Assembly (NCBI GenBank): GCA_020184695.1
Contig: JAANOX010000087.1
Span: 186,001-250,000 of the forward strand
From: Histomonas meleagridis 2922-C6/04-290x
Lineage: Eukaryota; Protista; Parabasalia
Length of the DNA stretch: 64,000 nucleotides
Direction: 5' to 3'
Shown here: one piece after another, positions 53,666 to 64,000 of the stretch
Position numbering within the stretch: the stretch's first letter is position 1
How the letters are laid out: every line of letters starts with the position of its first letter
Program-made: the position numbers and the translations under genes
Notes under the pieces: model-generated
Seen by the model: the letters and a program-made list of their open reading frames with translations, nothing else
Told to the model about the DNA's origin: nothing
The model's database searches: none

Positions 53666-55490
53666 ATGAGCAATTGAGTCCTGGAACCCTTAAGAAAATG
53701 TATTGTGCAGAAGACAAAGAACAACAACCAAAAAATCCAGTTTTACAAATAATTCAAATCAAAAAACTTGGCGGTGATGAAAATTGTTCAATCAAATATA
53801 GAATCACACTTTCCGATAGCTATTATTATGCTAATACTCGACTTAGTATTCAATTAAATCGATTAATTCAAGAAAATGAAATCAAAAATAATTCTCTTGT
53901 TAGAATTAACGAATATATTCTTAACCTAACTTTAGATCGAAAGATATTAATTATAACCTCACTTACTAAAATCTCTGATCTTTCATCAGCAATAGGAAAT
54001 GTATCAGAATTTAAAAATGCTCAAAACTCACAAAGAATTGATAGTCAATTTACTAAATCCATTTCCCCAACCCAACATAGTTCCTTAACTCCTAGTTCAC
54101 AAGAAGGTCCATGTACAATTCCATCAGATATAATTGAACGTGAAACACAACGTACCCAAGCTGAACTAGAATCTAACGAAAGGTTTATACCCGTCAACAT
54201 GCTTCATCCATATCTCTTAACATGGAGCATCAAAGATTGCAATCGGAATTAATTCCGTTGTAAAGTATTCAAATCCGCGACAAGACGACGGCCGTTTATT
54301 CAGTGTAATCAAAGACAAATTTGGGTATGAAATACGTGGAACATTTTTTGGGGAACAAGCAACTAAGTTTGACCCAATAATTCAACAAGATTGTGTCTAT
54401 AAAATTAGTGATGGGATCATCAAAAGTAAAAATAATCGATTTAATACTACTAATAGTGATTATGAAATAATGTTTGATAAGCGAACCAAAATAGAATCAT
54501 TATCAGATGATAATAGTATTGGTTTGTTGACTTATCATTTCATTTCATTAAACACAATTGGAACATTACCAACCAAATCCCTTGTAGACATCTTATGTTA
54601 TGTTATTTCGATCGAACCAATCACAGAAATTGTTAGTTCACGGACACAAAAAACATTTAAACGTCGGACATTAATTATCTGTGACAACTCCGGTGTCAAA
54701 TGCGATATTTCTCTATGGGAAGAAGACGCACTTTTGTTTCCAAACGAAGGGAACTTCATTATTAGCTTTAAAGATGCCAAAATTTCCGATTATGGTCGAC
54801 GCTCATTAATCTGTAATTCATTTTATCGAATTAATCCGAAAATTCCGGAGGCAATGATCCTAAAAGATTATATCCGAAGTCTTGGAGAGAACAATTTAAT
54901 GAATTTTGCCATCGATATCAATATCAGATTATAACATCAACTCATTAATATATTTATCACAAATAAATAGTAATGGAATTGGAACCCAAAACAACAAAAG
55001 CGAATATTATGACCTATTCATATTATATACAGATATTAATACTCAACGAAAGTTGTATTATAATGCATGTCCGAACCCGGAATGTAAATATAAAGGATTA
55101 ACATTACAAGGAACGAATTATTACTGCGAAAGATGTACAAATTTGATCAATGAACCAAAGCCACGATTCAACTTCTCGATTAAAGTGCAAGATCCCACTG
55201 GCGCTATGTTTATATCCATCTTAGGCGATGATAACATTGGAAATTTGTTTGTTGGGAAAAATGCAAATGATTGGGTGAACGACATTAATGGTCACGAGGA
55301 TGAAGAGAATTACATCCGACAGAAGCTGATACAGAAGTTCTTCCAACCAATGAAGTTGAGATGTCGATTCAAGTTGGATAACTTCATTGACCAGAACAGA
55401 GTGAAGGCAAACGTCGTGGCGGCAGAGAAATTGTCGTTTAAAAAGGCGGCGCTGTTTTATGCGAACGAAATCAATAAATATTTTGTGTAA
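53666..55490 (+). pseudogene. RPA1: Replication protein A large subunit with two to three frameshifts (pseudogene or assembly errors)
   Basis: NPVLQIIQIKKL...YRITLSD, WSIK...GRLFSV...EIRGTFFGEQ, YYNACPNPECKYK...YYCERC zinc ribbon. Frame changes near 53672, 54235 and 54915. Confidence 0.85.
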
Positions 55491-55798
55491 TTATGTGGAA
55501 ATGAAATGGAACTTTTTCTATACGACGATAAATAAACCACCGAAACAATTATCGGTTTATAGGGCAACCCAAACTGAATACAATTCATATGATTTCGAAG
55601 GAATTTTTTCTGAATTTACAAAGCACATAAGAAAAAAATTGCTAAAAATAACATTATAAAAAAATTTGTACACATGGGTGTACATAAATTTGTTCGAGCG
55701 ATACCCAAAAATTAAATCAATTTCAATAACGTTAAGTCAAATTACTTCATTCATAATAATATTATGAGTTTCAACACACATAGAAAGAAGTTTCCTGT

Positions 55799-56926
55799 TT
55801 ACTCAGGTTTGATGTACTCACCAGCGAACAAAATTGTTCCTTCTTTATGAGTTATAAAATAGAAGAATGGATGATCAGCATGGAAACTTGGTGGCATTGG
55901 CTTGTTAAAATCGAATAGAGCTCCTGCTTTTATAAAGGATATTGTGACTGCCGCTGCTTCAGTTTTAACTTCGTCAACCTCAATTACTGCCTTTTGGACT
56001 ATATCATCAACGAAATGTAATTCAATTGTGGGATTAAACATGTCTTTAATTCCCATATCATTTAACATTTTAGTTAAAGAACTTGTTCCCCAATAATGCT
56101 TAAACTTCGGTATCTTAACGTCAACTTCTATTGGCTTGGGAGAAAGCATTTTAAGATAGTCTTTATATTTACCGTTAGCTAGTGCTGTCCTTACCGCACG
56201 AAAAGATTCTGCGCTGTTAAGCTTGGGAAGAATACAAACCATGGAATAGTCGTTGATATATTCCATTGATAAAATTTTTGCATTTTCATCTTCACCATAT
56301 AAATATTCATCTTTTTTCTGCATAAGTTTTGTTTTCACTTCAGTCCCATCAAGAAGTGTAAATGTTTCCTCATTGGTATTTTTACTCTCAAAGGGTTTCT
56401 TCCATTTGGCGTTGAAATAAATAGCATTGACGATTAGTGAATGCGTCAATTTGTCGGTTAGCAGTGGGTTTAACATATTCTTGATGAGGCCATGTGTAAC
56501 TTCTTCAATATGTTTGTTAATTAAATCACAGCCTGGTTGTGGAAATTCAACTGGAGTTATTTTTGCTCCAAGATATTGTTCTAATGGTGCATACAAAGAT
56601 GGATCAAAATTAGAATTTTTGTTAGGCCAGATTGAGTTTGCACCACTAACATTTCCGTCACTTGATTGTACTTCAATAGTTTTAATTAATTGATTGAGTG
56701 CTGTAAGTAGGTCTTTAACACTAGTATTGGTTGGAATTCCGAGTGCTTCAAAATTTTGCCTACGTGTTGATTCTTTGAAAATAGCAGTAGACATTAAAAG
56801 AACTGAAAACGTAGAATATGGAGAAACTACAATATTTTCTTTATCACTAGAGAAATGAGTGAGCATATTGAATGCTAATTTCTCGATTGGTTCTTGGTAA
56901 GAAAGAGATTTTCTCCAAAAAAACAT
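55799..56926 (-). CDS. Serpin
   Basis: NIVVSPYS, IVNAIYFNAKWKKPF, hinge TEAAAVT, FHADHPFFYFI...ILFAG. Confidence 0.92.
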   Translation of the reverse strand: MFFWRKSLSYQEPIEKLAFNMLTHFSSDKENIVVSPYSTFSVLLMSTAIFKESTRRQNFEALGIPTNTSVKDLLTALNQLIKTIEVQSSDGNVSGANSIWPNKNSNFDPSLYAPLEQYLGAKITPVEFPQPGCDLINKHIEEVTHGLIKNMLNPLLTDKLTHSLIVNAIYFNAKWKKPFESKNTNEETFTLLDGTEVKTKLMQKKDEYLYGEDENAKILSMEYINDYSMVCILPKLNSAESFRAVRTALANGKYKDYLKMLSPKPIEVDVKIPKFKHYWGTSSLTKMLNDMGIKDMFNPTIELHFVDDIVQKAVIEVDEVKTEAAAVTISFIKAGALFDFNKPMPPSFHADHPFFYFITHKEGTILFAGEYIKPE

Positions 56927-57988
56927 CAAAGCCGTTAAATTAGTTGGCTATACAGTGGAAACTGTTGACTTTGTGTTCATAACCATCTTATTCTGAAAAT
57001 CGGTTGGGTTTTTAAATGAAAATTTCCAAAAGGTGAGGCAAAAAACAGGTTAAAGTTTTAATTTCCCAAACTCCGATAATTATCAAGAAAAAGGAGAAAT
57101 ACAATAATACATTGAAAATTAAATGAAAATGCTTCTCAAATTTTGAATCACTTAAGAAAATTAAGAAGGCATTTAATTTGGATGGGGAATTTTGCCGATT
57201 TAAAAAATAAAAATTTTTCACAAAATTTCGTGCGATAATTTTTTTTAAAGCAAAATCATTTTTATATGTTATGATGATATCATCAAAAAGATAATCAAGT
57301 CTGAAAGAATTTTATTCGCTTGATTTTAAGATATATCTCTTTGAATATTACCGACAAAGCGAACGTTTGTCATTCAAGACGATAAAAAACATTGGTTGGT
57401 TTATTTGTGGGGATCACCGAAATTTTGTTATAGCTATCGCTTACAAAGCATGAATTGTATTGCATATGTCTTGTAGTCTGTTCGAAGTTATTCATATGAT
57501 ATCATGCTTTTGTTATCAGAATGTCAAATTTGATAATCCAATTTATAAATAAAAAAAATTAAATTTCAAAGATGTTTAGATATCCATGAAACGAATGTTC
57601 AAAATTTTTAAACAAGGATTCACCTGCTTTTAGTGAAGGGAGCACATGAAATATCTTATCTTCTAATAAAAAAAATTATACAATCCACTTTTTGTATTAA
57701 TAACCGCTATTTAAAGCGGTTTTCGATGATCTCATAGATTCCAGATTCAGTCTAATAACCTCGAAGAATTCTTAGCTTCAAGCATTGACGCTCCAACGAA
57801 ACCAGAAGAAAAGAAGCAGAAGTTCTGGGTAATGCTGCCCTTTTAGTTTTTAATATTGCCATCAACGCTATTGACATTTTTATCAAGCATTTGAACGCAA
57901 AGACATGGGAGCTGTTTTAAGTCGTGCGTACAACTTTCCTTCATCTGTTATTTCACTTATACTTTGTTTCATAATGCCAAGTAATCTT

Positions 57989-58543
57989 ATGAAAAACGTC
58001 ATTTTGATGAAATTGAAATGCCATTTCATGTGCATTTTCAAATGATGAATGATAAAAAGTTTCAATAAATTGGTCCAAATAATTTCTTTTTTTGTGTTCT
58101 TCATCTGTTTTATAACTTAAATAAACTTAGGTGGTACAACAGTGGATTGTTTAGATGTTGTTTTATTTTTCATTGCTTGTACAAAAAAAAAATTAAATTT
58201 TGTTCTTCCCAAATAATAACGGTTTTTAACGAAATACGATTAAAATACATTGAAAAACATCAAATTGTTTTCCCAAAAATTAATTAAATTTGATGATTTT
58301 TCGAACCCTTCCAGCAGAGGAAAGATATTAAGAATGATTTTTTAACCTTCCGATTTGAAAATAATTTTTCCTGTTAAAAATATTATAAGCAAAAAGTTAA
58401 TAATATTAATGAAAAGATATTTTTTCTTCCAGATGTGTATATACCAATATCAATATAATATCAAAAGAAATAAAAAAGAAATAAGAAAATTGAAAATCTG
58501 ATTTAATAAAATTGTTTGCACTTCCTGAATTACAATTTCAAAA
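57989..58543. repeat. Internally deleted duplicate of about 52378-53660 (DUF3447 fragments plus the shared DUF3447/RPA1 promoter)
   Basis: Near-identity: 57989-58052 to 52378-52443, 58050-58114 to 52791-52857, 58126-58543 to 53237-53660. Confidence 0.92.
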
Positions 58544-58698
58544 ATCTAAAAAGTTGACACTTTTCTGTCAAGTAACAGTTTTTGACTAAGTATGTTAGAT
58601 GTCATCGGTTTCTGGATTCAGCAGTCAATTTCGATGATAAGAAAAAAACAGAGACCGTTAATTTTTTTTTAGGTGACCACTTATAGACTTCAAAAAAA

Positions 58699-61600
58699 AT
58701 GTACGAGAATAAGAATTTACCAACAAAATATGAGCTTTTATCCGGTGAAACTACTAGGCTTGTACCTGTTAATCCACAAACGAATTTTGATCAACCAGAT
58801 GAATCAAAATCAATATCTAAAGTTTTTGTTGCAATGGATAGAATCAATAGTGATGCATCAGATACATCACCAGAAGTTATGGAACTTGAAAAACTAGATG
58901 GTCGTCATATTCGTGCCATGTCAGCTAATGCTGGAGGCATGTTTTTAGTAACTGATGATAACGAACTACTTTCTAACCAAACCAACATTACCGAGGATCG
59001 ATATGAGAAAACGAATTTTCATCAATACACATTGTTTGAATTATATGATATCATTTCCATCAGTTCAGGTGCTGATCATACCATAGCCTGTGCCATGCAA
59101 GGACAAGAATTTCAAATCTTTGGTTTTGGAAGTAATAGTTATGGGCAATTAGGTCTTGGGAATCAATATGATTATGTTCAACATTTTCGACCAATCAAAT
59201 TTAATACCCAACAACGTTTTGTCAGTTCCACGTGCGGTAGTTTCTTTACATTACTTCTAACTGACTCATCAATTGTCTGGGGATTTGGTCAAAATAATCA
59301 TGGACAATTAGGGATACCGAAGACCGAAATCGTCTGGCAGCCCAAACAAATTGACTCGCTTGTCGGCATTCCCGTCTGTGATTTAGCTGCTGGTTCATTT
59401 CATACGTTAGCGTTAACATCGACTGGCTTAGTATTATCAAGTGGCTCTAATTATCAAGGCCAATTAGGTAATACAACAACGAATGAATCCTCATCATTTA
59501 ACATTGTTGAATCATTATCCAATGTTTTTATAGTTAAAATTGTTGCGCATGGCTGTTATTCAGGTGCGATTGATGAATTTGGTACACTTTATATATGGGG
59601 CGGAAAGTTTGGATCAACACCACAAGCTGTGACATTAAATTCATACATTACACAAGACGAATATTTCATGGATATCTCATTAGGTAATGATGGACGATTT
59701 GCTGCGTTAACATCTCGAAACAGATTATTTATTTCGGGTTATTTCTCAAATGATGAACAAATTAATACTCCAATTGAAATCATCACAACGAAAACTCCAA
59801 TTTATCAAATAATTAGTGGCGGCGAATATTTTGTATTATTATCATCAACAACGAAAGAATTCCCTTTAACACAATTAACATATAATAATCATCGATGTAT
59901 ATTACAACAATCGAATTCCAAAATCACATTAAAGACTCGACTTAGGCCCAAATTACGAATCTTAACATTAAATTTAAACAAGTTCCAACAATATATTAAA
60001 TTACCTGCAGTTAAACTTGTCATGCAAATCATCTTTTCATCATTAGGTACATTAAACACAAGTTTCTTAATCGATAACTTTAATGAATCGATAATGGTAG
60101 ATCAATCCGGTATTGATATTCAAGGAGTCATTGAATCATATAAACTCATTTCAGAAAATTATGATTTACAATTAACTATAACTACAACATTTAATAAGCT
60201 GTTAGTGAAACTACAAGAAAACCCACCGAAAATTCGTAAGCCTTCAATGATGAGGTTCTTCATGATCGCTTTGTTCCATCCTTCATGTATTAAATTTAGG
60301 GAAAGTTTCGACTTTTGGCGTAACTTAATCCAATTAATAGAAAACATGAACGCGTATTCAATCCTGGCGCAATGGTTATCAGTGTTAAATGTCAACGAGT
60401 TAAAATATATATTACAAACTTTAAAAGATTTTCTCACTGTACAAGCAACAGAAACGAAACGTTTATACTTACCAATAATGGCTAAGGTTATTAAGGCAAT
60501 AGAAATTGTTTGGTTCGCTTCAACACGAACAAAGAAGTTGTCTTTCGAAAACTTTTATCATGATACAATTAATCAAATGATTGACATTAACGTCGATTAC
60601 CAAATTTGGAGCTCAAGTGAAGATAATTGGTGTTACGCACGTTTCGCTCCGTGGCTTTTAAACGCGGACACGAAAACAAAGTTCTTGAGAATTAATTCAA
60701 GACAATTGATGAACCAATTACAAATTAACGCAATGAGAAATGCAACTAGATATTGGGGTACTACACCAGTGGTGACACCGAATGATTTGTTTTTGATTAT
60801 TGAAGTCGATCGAAATAATATATTATTGGATACATTTAAGGCGATTGCTTACTTAAAGAATCCGGACTTGGAGTTGAAAAAGCCATTAAAGATATTGTTT
60901 AAGGATGAGCCTGGTGTGGATGAAGGTGGTGTACAAAGAGAATTCTTCCAATTAATTGTCGAAGAATTATTTGATCCAAATAGAGACTTTTTCATTGTCT
61001 TAAATGACTTATATTGGTTCTCCAATACTGAGAAAGATCCGGCTTCTTTACAAGCGTATTATTTAACTGGAATTATTTTAGGTTTGGCCATATACAATGG
61101 TAACGTTCTTAATGTAAAGTTCCCAATTTTGATTTATCGGAAATTGAAAGGGTTAACGATGAATTTCAACGATCTTCGAGAATTAGACCCACAACTTTTC
61201 AATTCTTTACAAAACATTTTGAATTACAAAGGGGACGTTAAGGAAGACATGGATTTAACGTTCGATTACGGGGGTGTACCCTTGATAGAAAACGGTTTAG
61301 AAATTCCAGTCACCAATCAAAACCGAGAGGAGTACGTTAACGCGGTATTGAATTATGTTTTGAATGACTCGATTTCAGAACAATTTGAAATTCTGAAGAA
61401 CGGTTTTATTCAATCTGCTGGAGATATTGTCTTAGAATTATTTAGGCCTGAAGAATTAGCTTTGTTGATAGCTGGCCGGGAAGAATTAGATTTCATTGCG
61501 TTGCAAAAGGCGACGAGATATGAGGGATACACCGCACAATCAGAGACAGTGCAAACGTTTTGGAAAATTGTTCACATGAGATTGACCGATTCTGAGAAGA

Positions 61601-61818
61601 AGAAATTGTTATACTTTGTGACTTCATCGCCAAGAGCGCCTATTAATGGGTTGGGCTCAATACCATTTGTGATTGCACGAGATGGAAATAGTGAACATAT
61701 ACCAACGTCGCACACGTGCTTCTTCATGCTGGTGCTTCCTGACGATCCAAATGAAGAAAGTTTATACAGGAAATTGAAAATTGCAATAGATAATGCGGAG
61801 GGCTTCGCTTTTAAATAA
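58699..61818 (+). CDS. RCC1-repeat plus HECT E3 ligase (small HERC-like)
   Basis: FGFGSNSYGQLG and AAGSFHTLAL repeats; FKDEPGVDEGGVQREFF; C-terminal PTSHTCFFMLVLP...GFAF. Confidence 0.93.
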   Translation: MYENKNLPTKYELLSGETTRLVPVNPQTNFDQPDESKSISKVFVAMDRINSDASDTSPEVMELEKLDGRHIRAMSANAGGMFLVTDDNELLSNQTNITEDRYEKTNFHQYTLFELYDIISISSGADHTIACAMQGQEFQIFGFGSNSYGQLGLGNQYDYVQHFRPIKFNTQQRFVSSTCGSFFTLLLTDSSIVWGFGQNNHGQLGIPKTEIVWQPKQIDSLVGIPVCDLAAGSFHTLALTSTGLVLSSGSNYQGQLGNTTTNESSSFNIVESLSNVFIVKIVAHGCYSGAIDEFGTLYIWGGKFGSTPQAVTLNSYITQDEYFMDISLGNDGRFAALTSRNRLFISGYFSNDEQINTPIEIITTKTPIYQIISGGEYFVLLSSTTKEFPLTQLTYNNHRCILQQSNSKITLKTRLRPKLRILTLNLNKFQQYIKLPAVKLVMQIIFSSLGTLNTSFLIDNFNESIMVDQSGIDIQGVIESYKLISENYDLQLTITTTFNKLLVKLQENPPKIRKPSMMRFFMIALFHPSCIKFRESFDFWRNLIQLIENMNAYSILAQWLSVLNVNELKYILQTLKDFLTVQATETKRLYLPIMAKVIKAIEIVWFASTRTKKLSFENFYHDTINQMIDINVDYQIWSSSEDNWCYARFAPWLLNADTKTKFLRINSRQLMNQLQINAMRNATRYWGTTPVVTPNDLFLIIEVDRNNILLDTFKAIAYLKNPDLELKKPLKILFKDEPGVDEGGVQREFFQLIVEELFDPNRDFFIVLNDLYWFSNTEKDPASLQAYYLTGIILGLAIYNGNVLNVKFPILIYRKLKGLTMNFNDLRELDPQLFNSLQNILNYKGDVKEDMDLTFDYGGVPLIENGLEIPVTNQNREEYVNAVLNYVLNDSISEQFEILKNGFIQSAGDIVLELFRPEELALLIAGREELDFIALQKATRYEGYTAQSETVQTFWKIVHMRLTDSEKKKLLYFVTSSPRAPINGLGSIPFVIARDGNSEHIPTSHTCFFMLVLPDDPNEESLYRKLKIAIDNAEGFAFK

Positions 61819-62967
61819 ATATTTTTATATTAAAAATTGGAGCAAATAAATAATAATTAAAGTTGTATAATTATATTAATTTATCGCATATTTATAATGA
61901 AACAGAATTTATATATTTTGGTTACACAGTTCAGCTTATTATAAATATTATTATTCTTTTATTTATGATGATGAATTTCAAACAAATGAGAACAAAATAA
62001 CAATACATTACTTATTATATTAATGATTCGAATCAAAATAAAAAAGAAGAAATTGGTGATAATGAAATTTCAAAACAACAAAATGATAAGAACAAAACTA
62101 CAAACATGTTCATAAAAGGAATATTTCAAACATTGAAAAAGATAAATTCATTGAGCAAATGTAAATTATCAGATATTCTGGGTTTAAATCATTTTGAGTC
62201 TTGTGTTTGTTTTTGAAAAACTTTTAAAATAATTATCATATTGCTTAAATATATGTTTAATGATTTTAAGTGAAAGTACTGTTTATGTTGGTGCAAGTAC
62301 AAGAAGAAGGGGCCGCAGCCAGGGAACTCTCAGAAATGCTTCTAAAAATCTAAGCACAAAATAGCAAAAAAATTGGAGCGCGTGTGCATTTTGTTAAGTT
62401 TTTCTGAGTTCATCTGGTACTCCAATATAAATAATTACCAATTTTGTATATTTTTAAATATTTTTTCTTGGTGATGAAACAAAAGAAAATGATAATGTCA
62501 AAGAAGGCAAATCATCAATTTCGAGTGATAAAGAAGAAAAGTTCGAAGAAATCTAAATTTCTAGTTCATAGAGTGACAAAGATGGAAAGTTAGGACCCAC
62601 AAATTTAGTATATTGTCCAGATGAAAAAGTAGTTATACAAATCTTGAAAATGTTAGTTGAGAAGGGCTTCAACTGAACAAGGTCGTTACATTTGGCGGTA
62701 AGCCAACAGAGTCGTTGTTAATGACTTTCGTATCAACAATTAAAAAGATGTACACTGTTATTGATTGGATGTTAACAAATGGCTAAGGATCGTTGAATAC
62801 GTACAATGAAGGATGTATTTGCGAAGCATGTTAAGATTACTAAGTAAAGTCCTTAAATATGCAAACGTTTTTCATTCAAATTTTATGTTGGTCTGTCAGA
62901 AATATAAACTTCAGAAAAATCACTGAAATTGAATGCAAAAGTCGGTTTATATTTGTCTTTCATCCCA

Positions 62968-64000
62968 ATGTCCAATCGAGACGACATTTTCTTATGGCAA
63001 AAAATCATCCAACAAAAAATATTAGAAATAAATTTGGATAACATTGATGAAACAATTCAATTAATAGTTGCCTTATATGATGAAAATTTCCCTTATTCAT
63101 TTAATGTTATTGTTTGTTATCTGATTTATGAATCCTTTGTTTCTCATAAGGATTCATTTATCCTTTATATTCAATTTTTACAACAACTTAAAGATAAAGA
63201 AAAAGAAATAAATGATGTCAATTTTGATTTAATTGAAGTTTTTGCACAATGTCTTACTCTCTTAAAATCGCAAGAATCAAATTACCTTCTTGCAGTATTA
63301 ATTGAACAAGGATTAATATCACCAAAATTTGCTGTTCAAAAAGGTTCACTAATTTTAGTTAATTACATAATTGATGAAGGAAAATCTCTTCGTCCGGATC
63401 AACGTTGTGGAGATTATAATAAGAAAGTTACTAAATGTTTTCAAAAGGAACTAAAAAAAGTATATAAAACTGATGAAGATCTTCATAAAGATTATGTTTT
63501 TGAAGGAGTTAATCAATTAAAAATTTCAAAAATTATTCGAAATGATGATGTTAATACACTTCAAGAAATGTCATCATTAAATAACTTTGATATTAATCAA
63601 GTAATTCCTCCATCTTTATATGAAAGATGCACATTTATTAATCAAGAAAATGTTCGACTTATTGACTATGCTGCATTTTTTAATTCGATTAAATGTTTTA
63701 AATTTTTGTTGTTAAATGGAGCTGATTTAAGTGAAACTGCTAAATATGCGGTTGCAAGTGGAAATCTTGAACTGATTCATATATGTGAGCAAAATAATAT
63801 ATCTTTTAGAGGTTCATATGAAGCAGCAATTGAGTTCCATCAAAATGACATTTTTTTATATCTTTATGAAAAGAAAATTACAAAAATCAAAGATTTAAAA
63901 TATTTAGGGAAAAAATGTATTCAACATAATAACAATGAAATTCTTTCTTTTTTATTAGATGAAGGAATGGATGTTAATGATTCTTTGATTTATGAGGTAG
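62968..64000 (+). CDS. DUF3447-ankyrin head running off the right edge
   Basis: Open frame from ATG 62968 (MSNRDDIFLWQK...) with ELHKDY-like, PSLYERCTFINQENVRLIDYAAFFNSIKCFKFLL. It is missing from the ORF track because there is no stop in the window. Confidence 0.85.
   Translation, partial: MSNRDDIFLWQKIIQQKILEINLDNIDETIQLIVALYDENFPYSFNVIVCYLIYESFVSHKDSFILYIQFLQQLKDKEKEINDVNFDLIEVFAQCLTLLKSQESNYLLAVLIEQGLISPKFAVQKGSLILVNYIIDEGKSLRPDQRCGDYNKKVTKCFQKELKKVYKTDEDLHKDYVFEGVNQLKISKIIRNDDVNTLQEMSSLNNFDINQVIPPSLYERCTFINQENVRLIDYAAFFNSIKCFKFLLLNGADLSETAKYAVASGNLELIHICEQNNISFRGSYEAAIEFHQNDIFLYLYEKKITKIKDLKYLGKKCIQHNNNEILSFLLDEGMDVNDSLIYEV

Noticed and set aside
57770-57985. GC-richer fragments here and at 26060-26350 and 62280-62860
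   Set aside because: They look like decayed coding sequence with stops in all frames, and no family could be recognised.

Overview
This is AT-rich, gene-dense eukaryotic DNA with long intron-less ORFs. BspA-like LRR and DUF3447-ankyrin genes, an Inr-like TCACTTTT motif and a candidate hydrogenosomal beta-barrel point to a parabasalid, probably Tritrichomonas-like (inference). Ordinary content: cytosolic LeuRS, ZMAT2/Snu23, a neurofibromin-like RasGAP, a Yip1 protein, UBR and HERC E3 ligases, a USP, a CAMK kinase, a serpin, a bacterial-type Fe-S flavoprotein, a nitroreductase, a frameshifted RPA1 and a Mutator transposase relic. The standout is a set of DUF3447-ankyrin genes (30.9-36.2 kb minus, 42.6-45.4 kb plus, 51.6-53.3 kb minus, plus orphan cassettes at 3.1-3.5 kb). 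In these, every ~90-nt, stop-free ankyrin repeat is separated from the next by a stereotyped spacer, usually exactly 80 nt. The spacers break the frame, often carry stops in both usable frames, lack consistent GT-AG ends, contain a hairpin, and always sit at the same point of the ankyrin loop (inferred junction Ile|Phe-x-Thr-Ala-Leu). Each array ends in a capping repeat with a stop codon. An unrelated ankyrin gene (45.7-47.0 kb) is broken at the same repeat position. This suggests a non-canonical intron or bypass system acting on diversified ankyrin cassette arrays. All counts were done by hand and no database searches were run.
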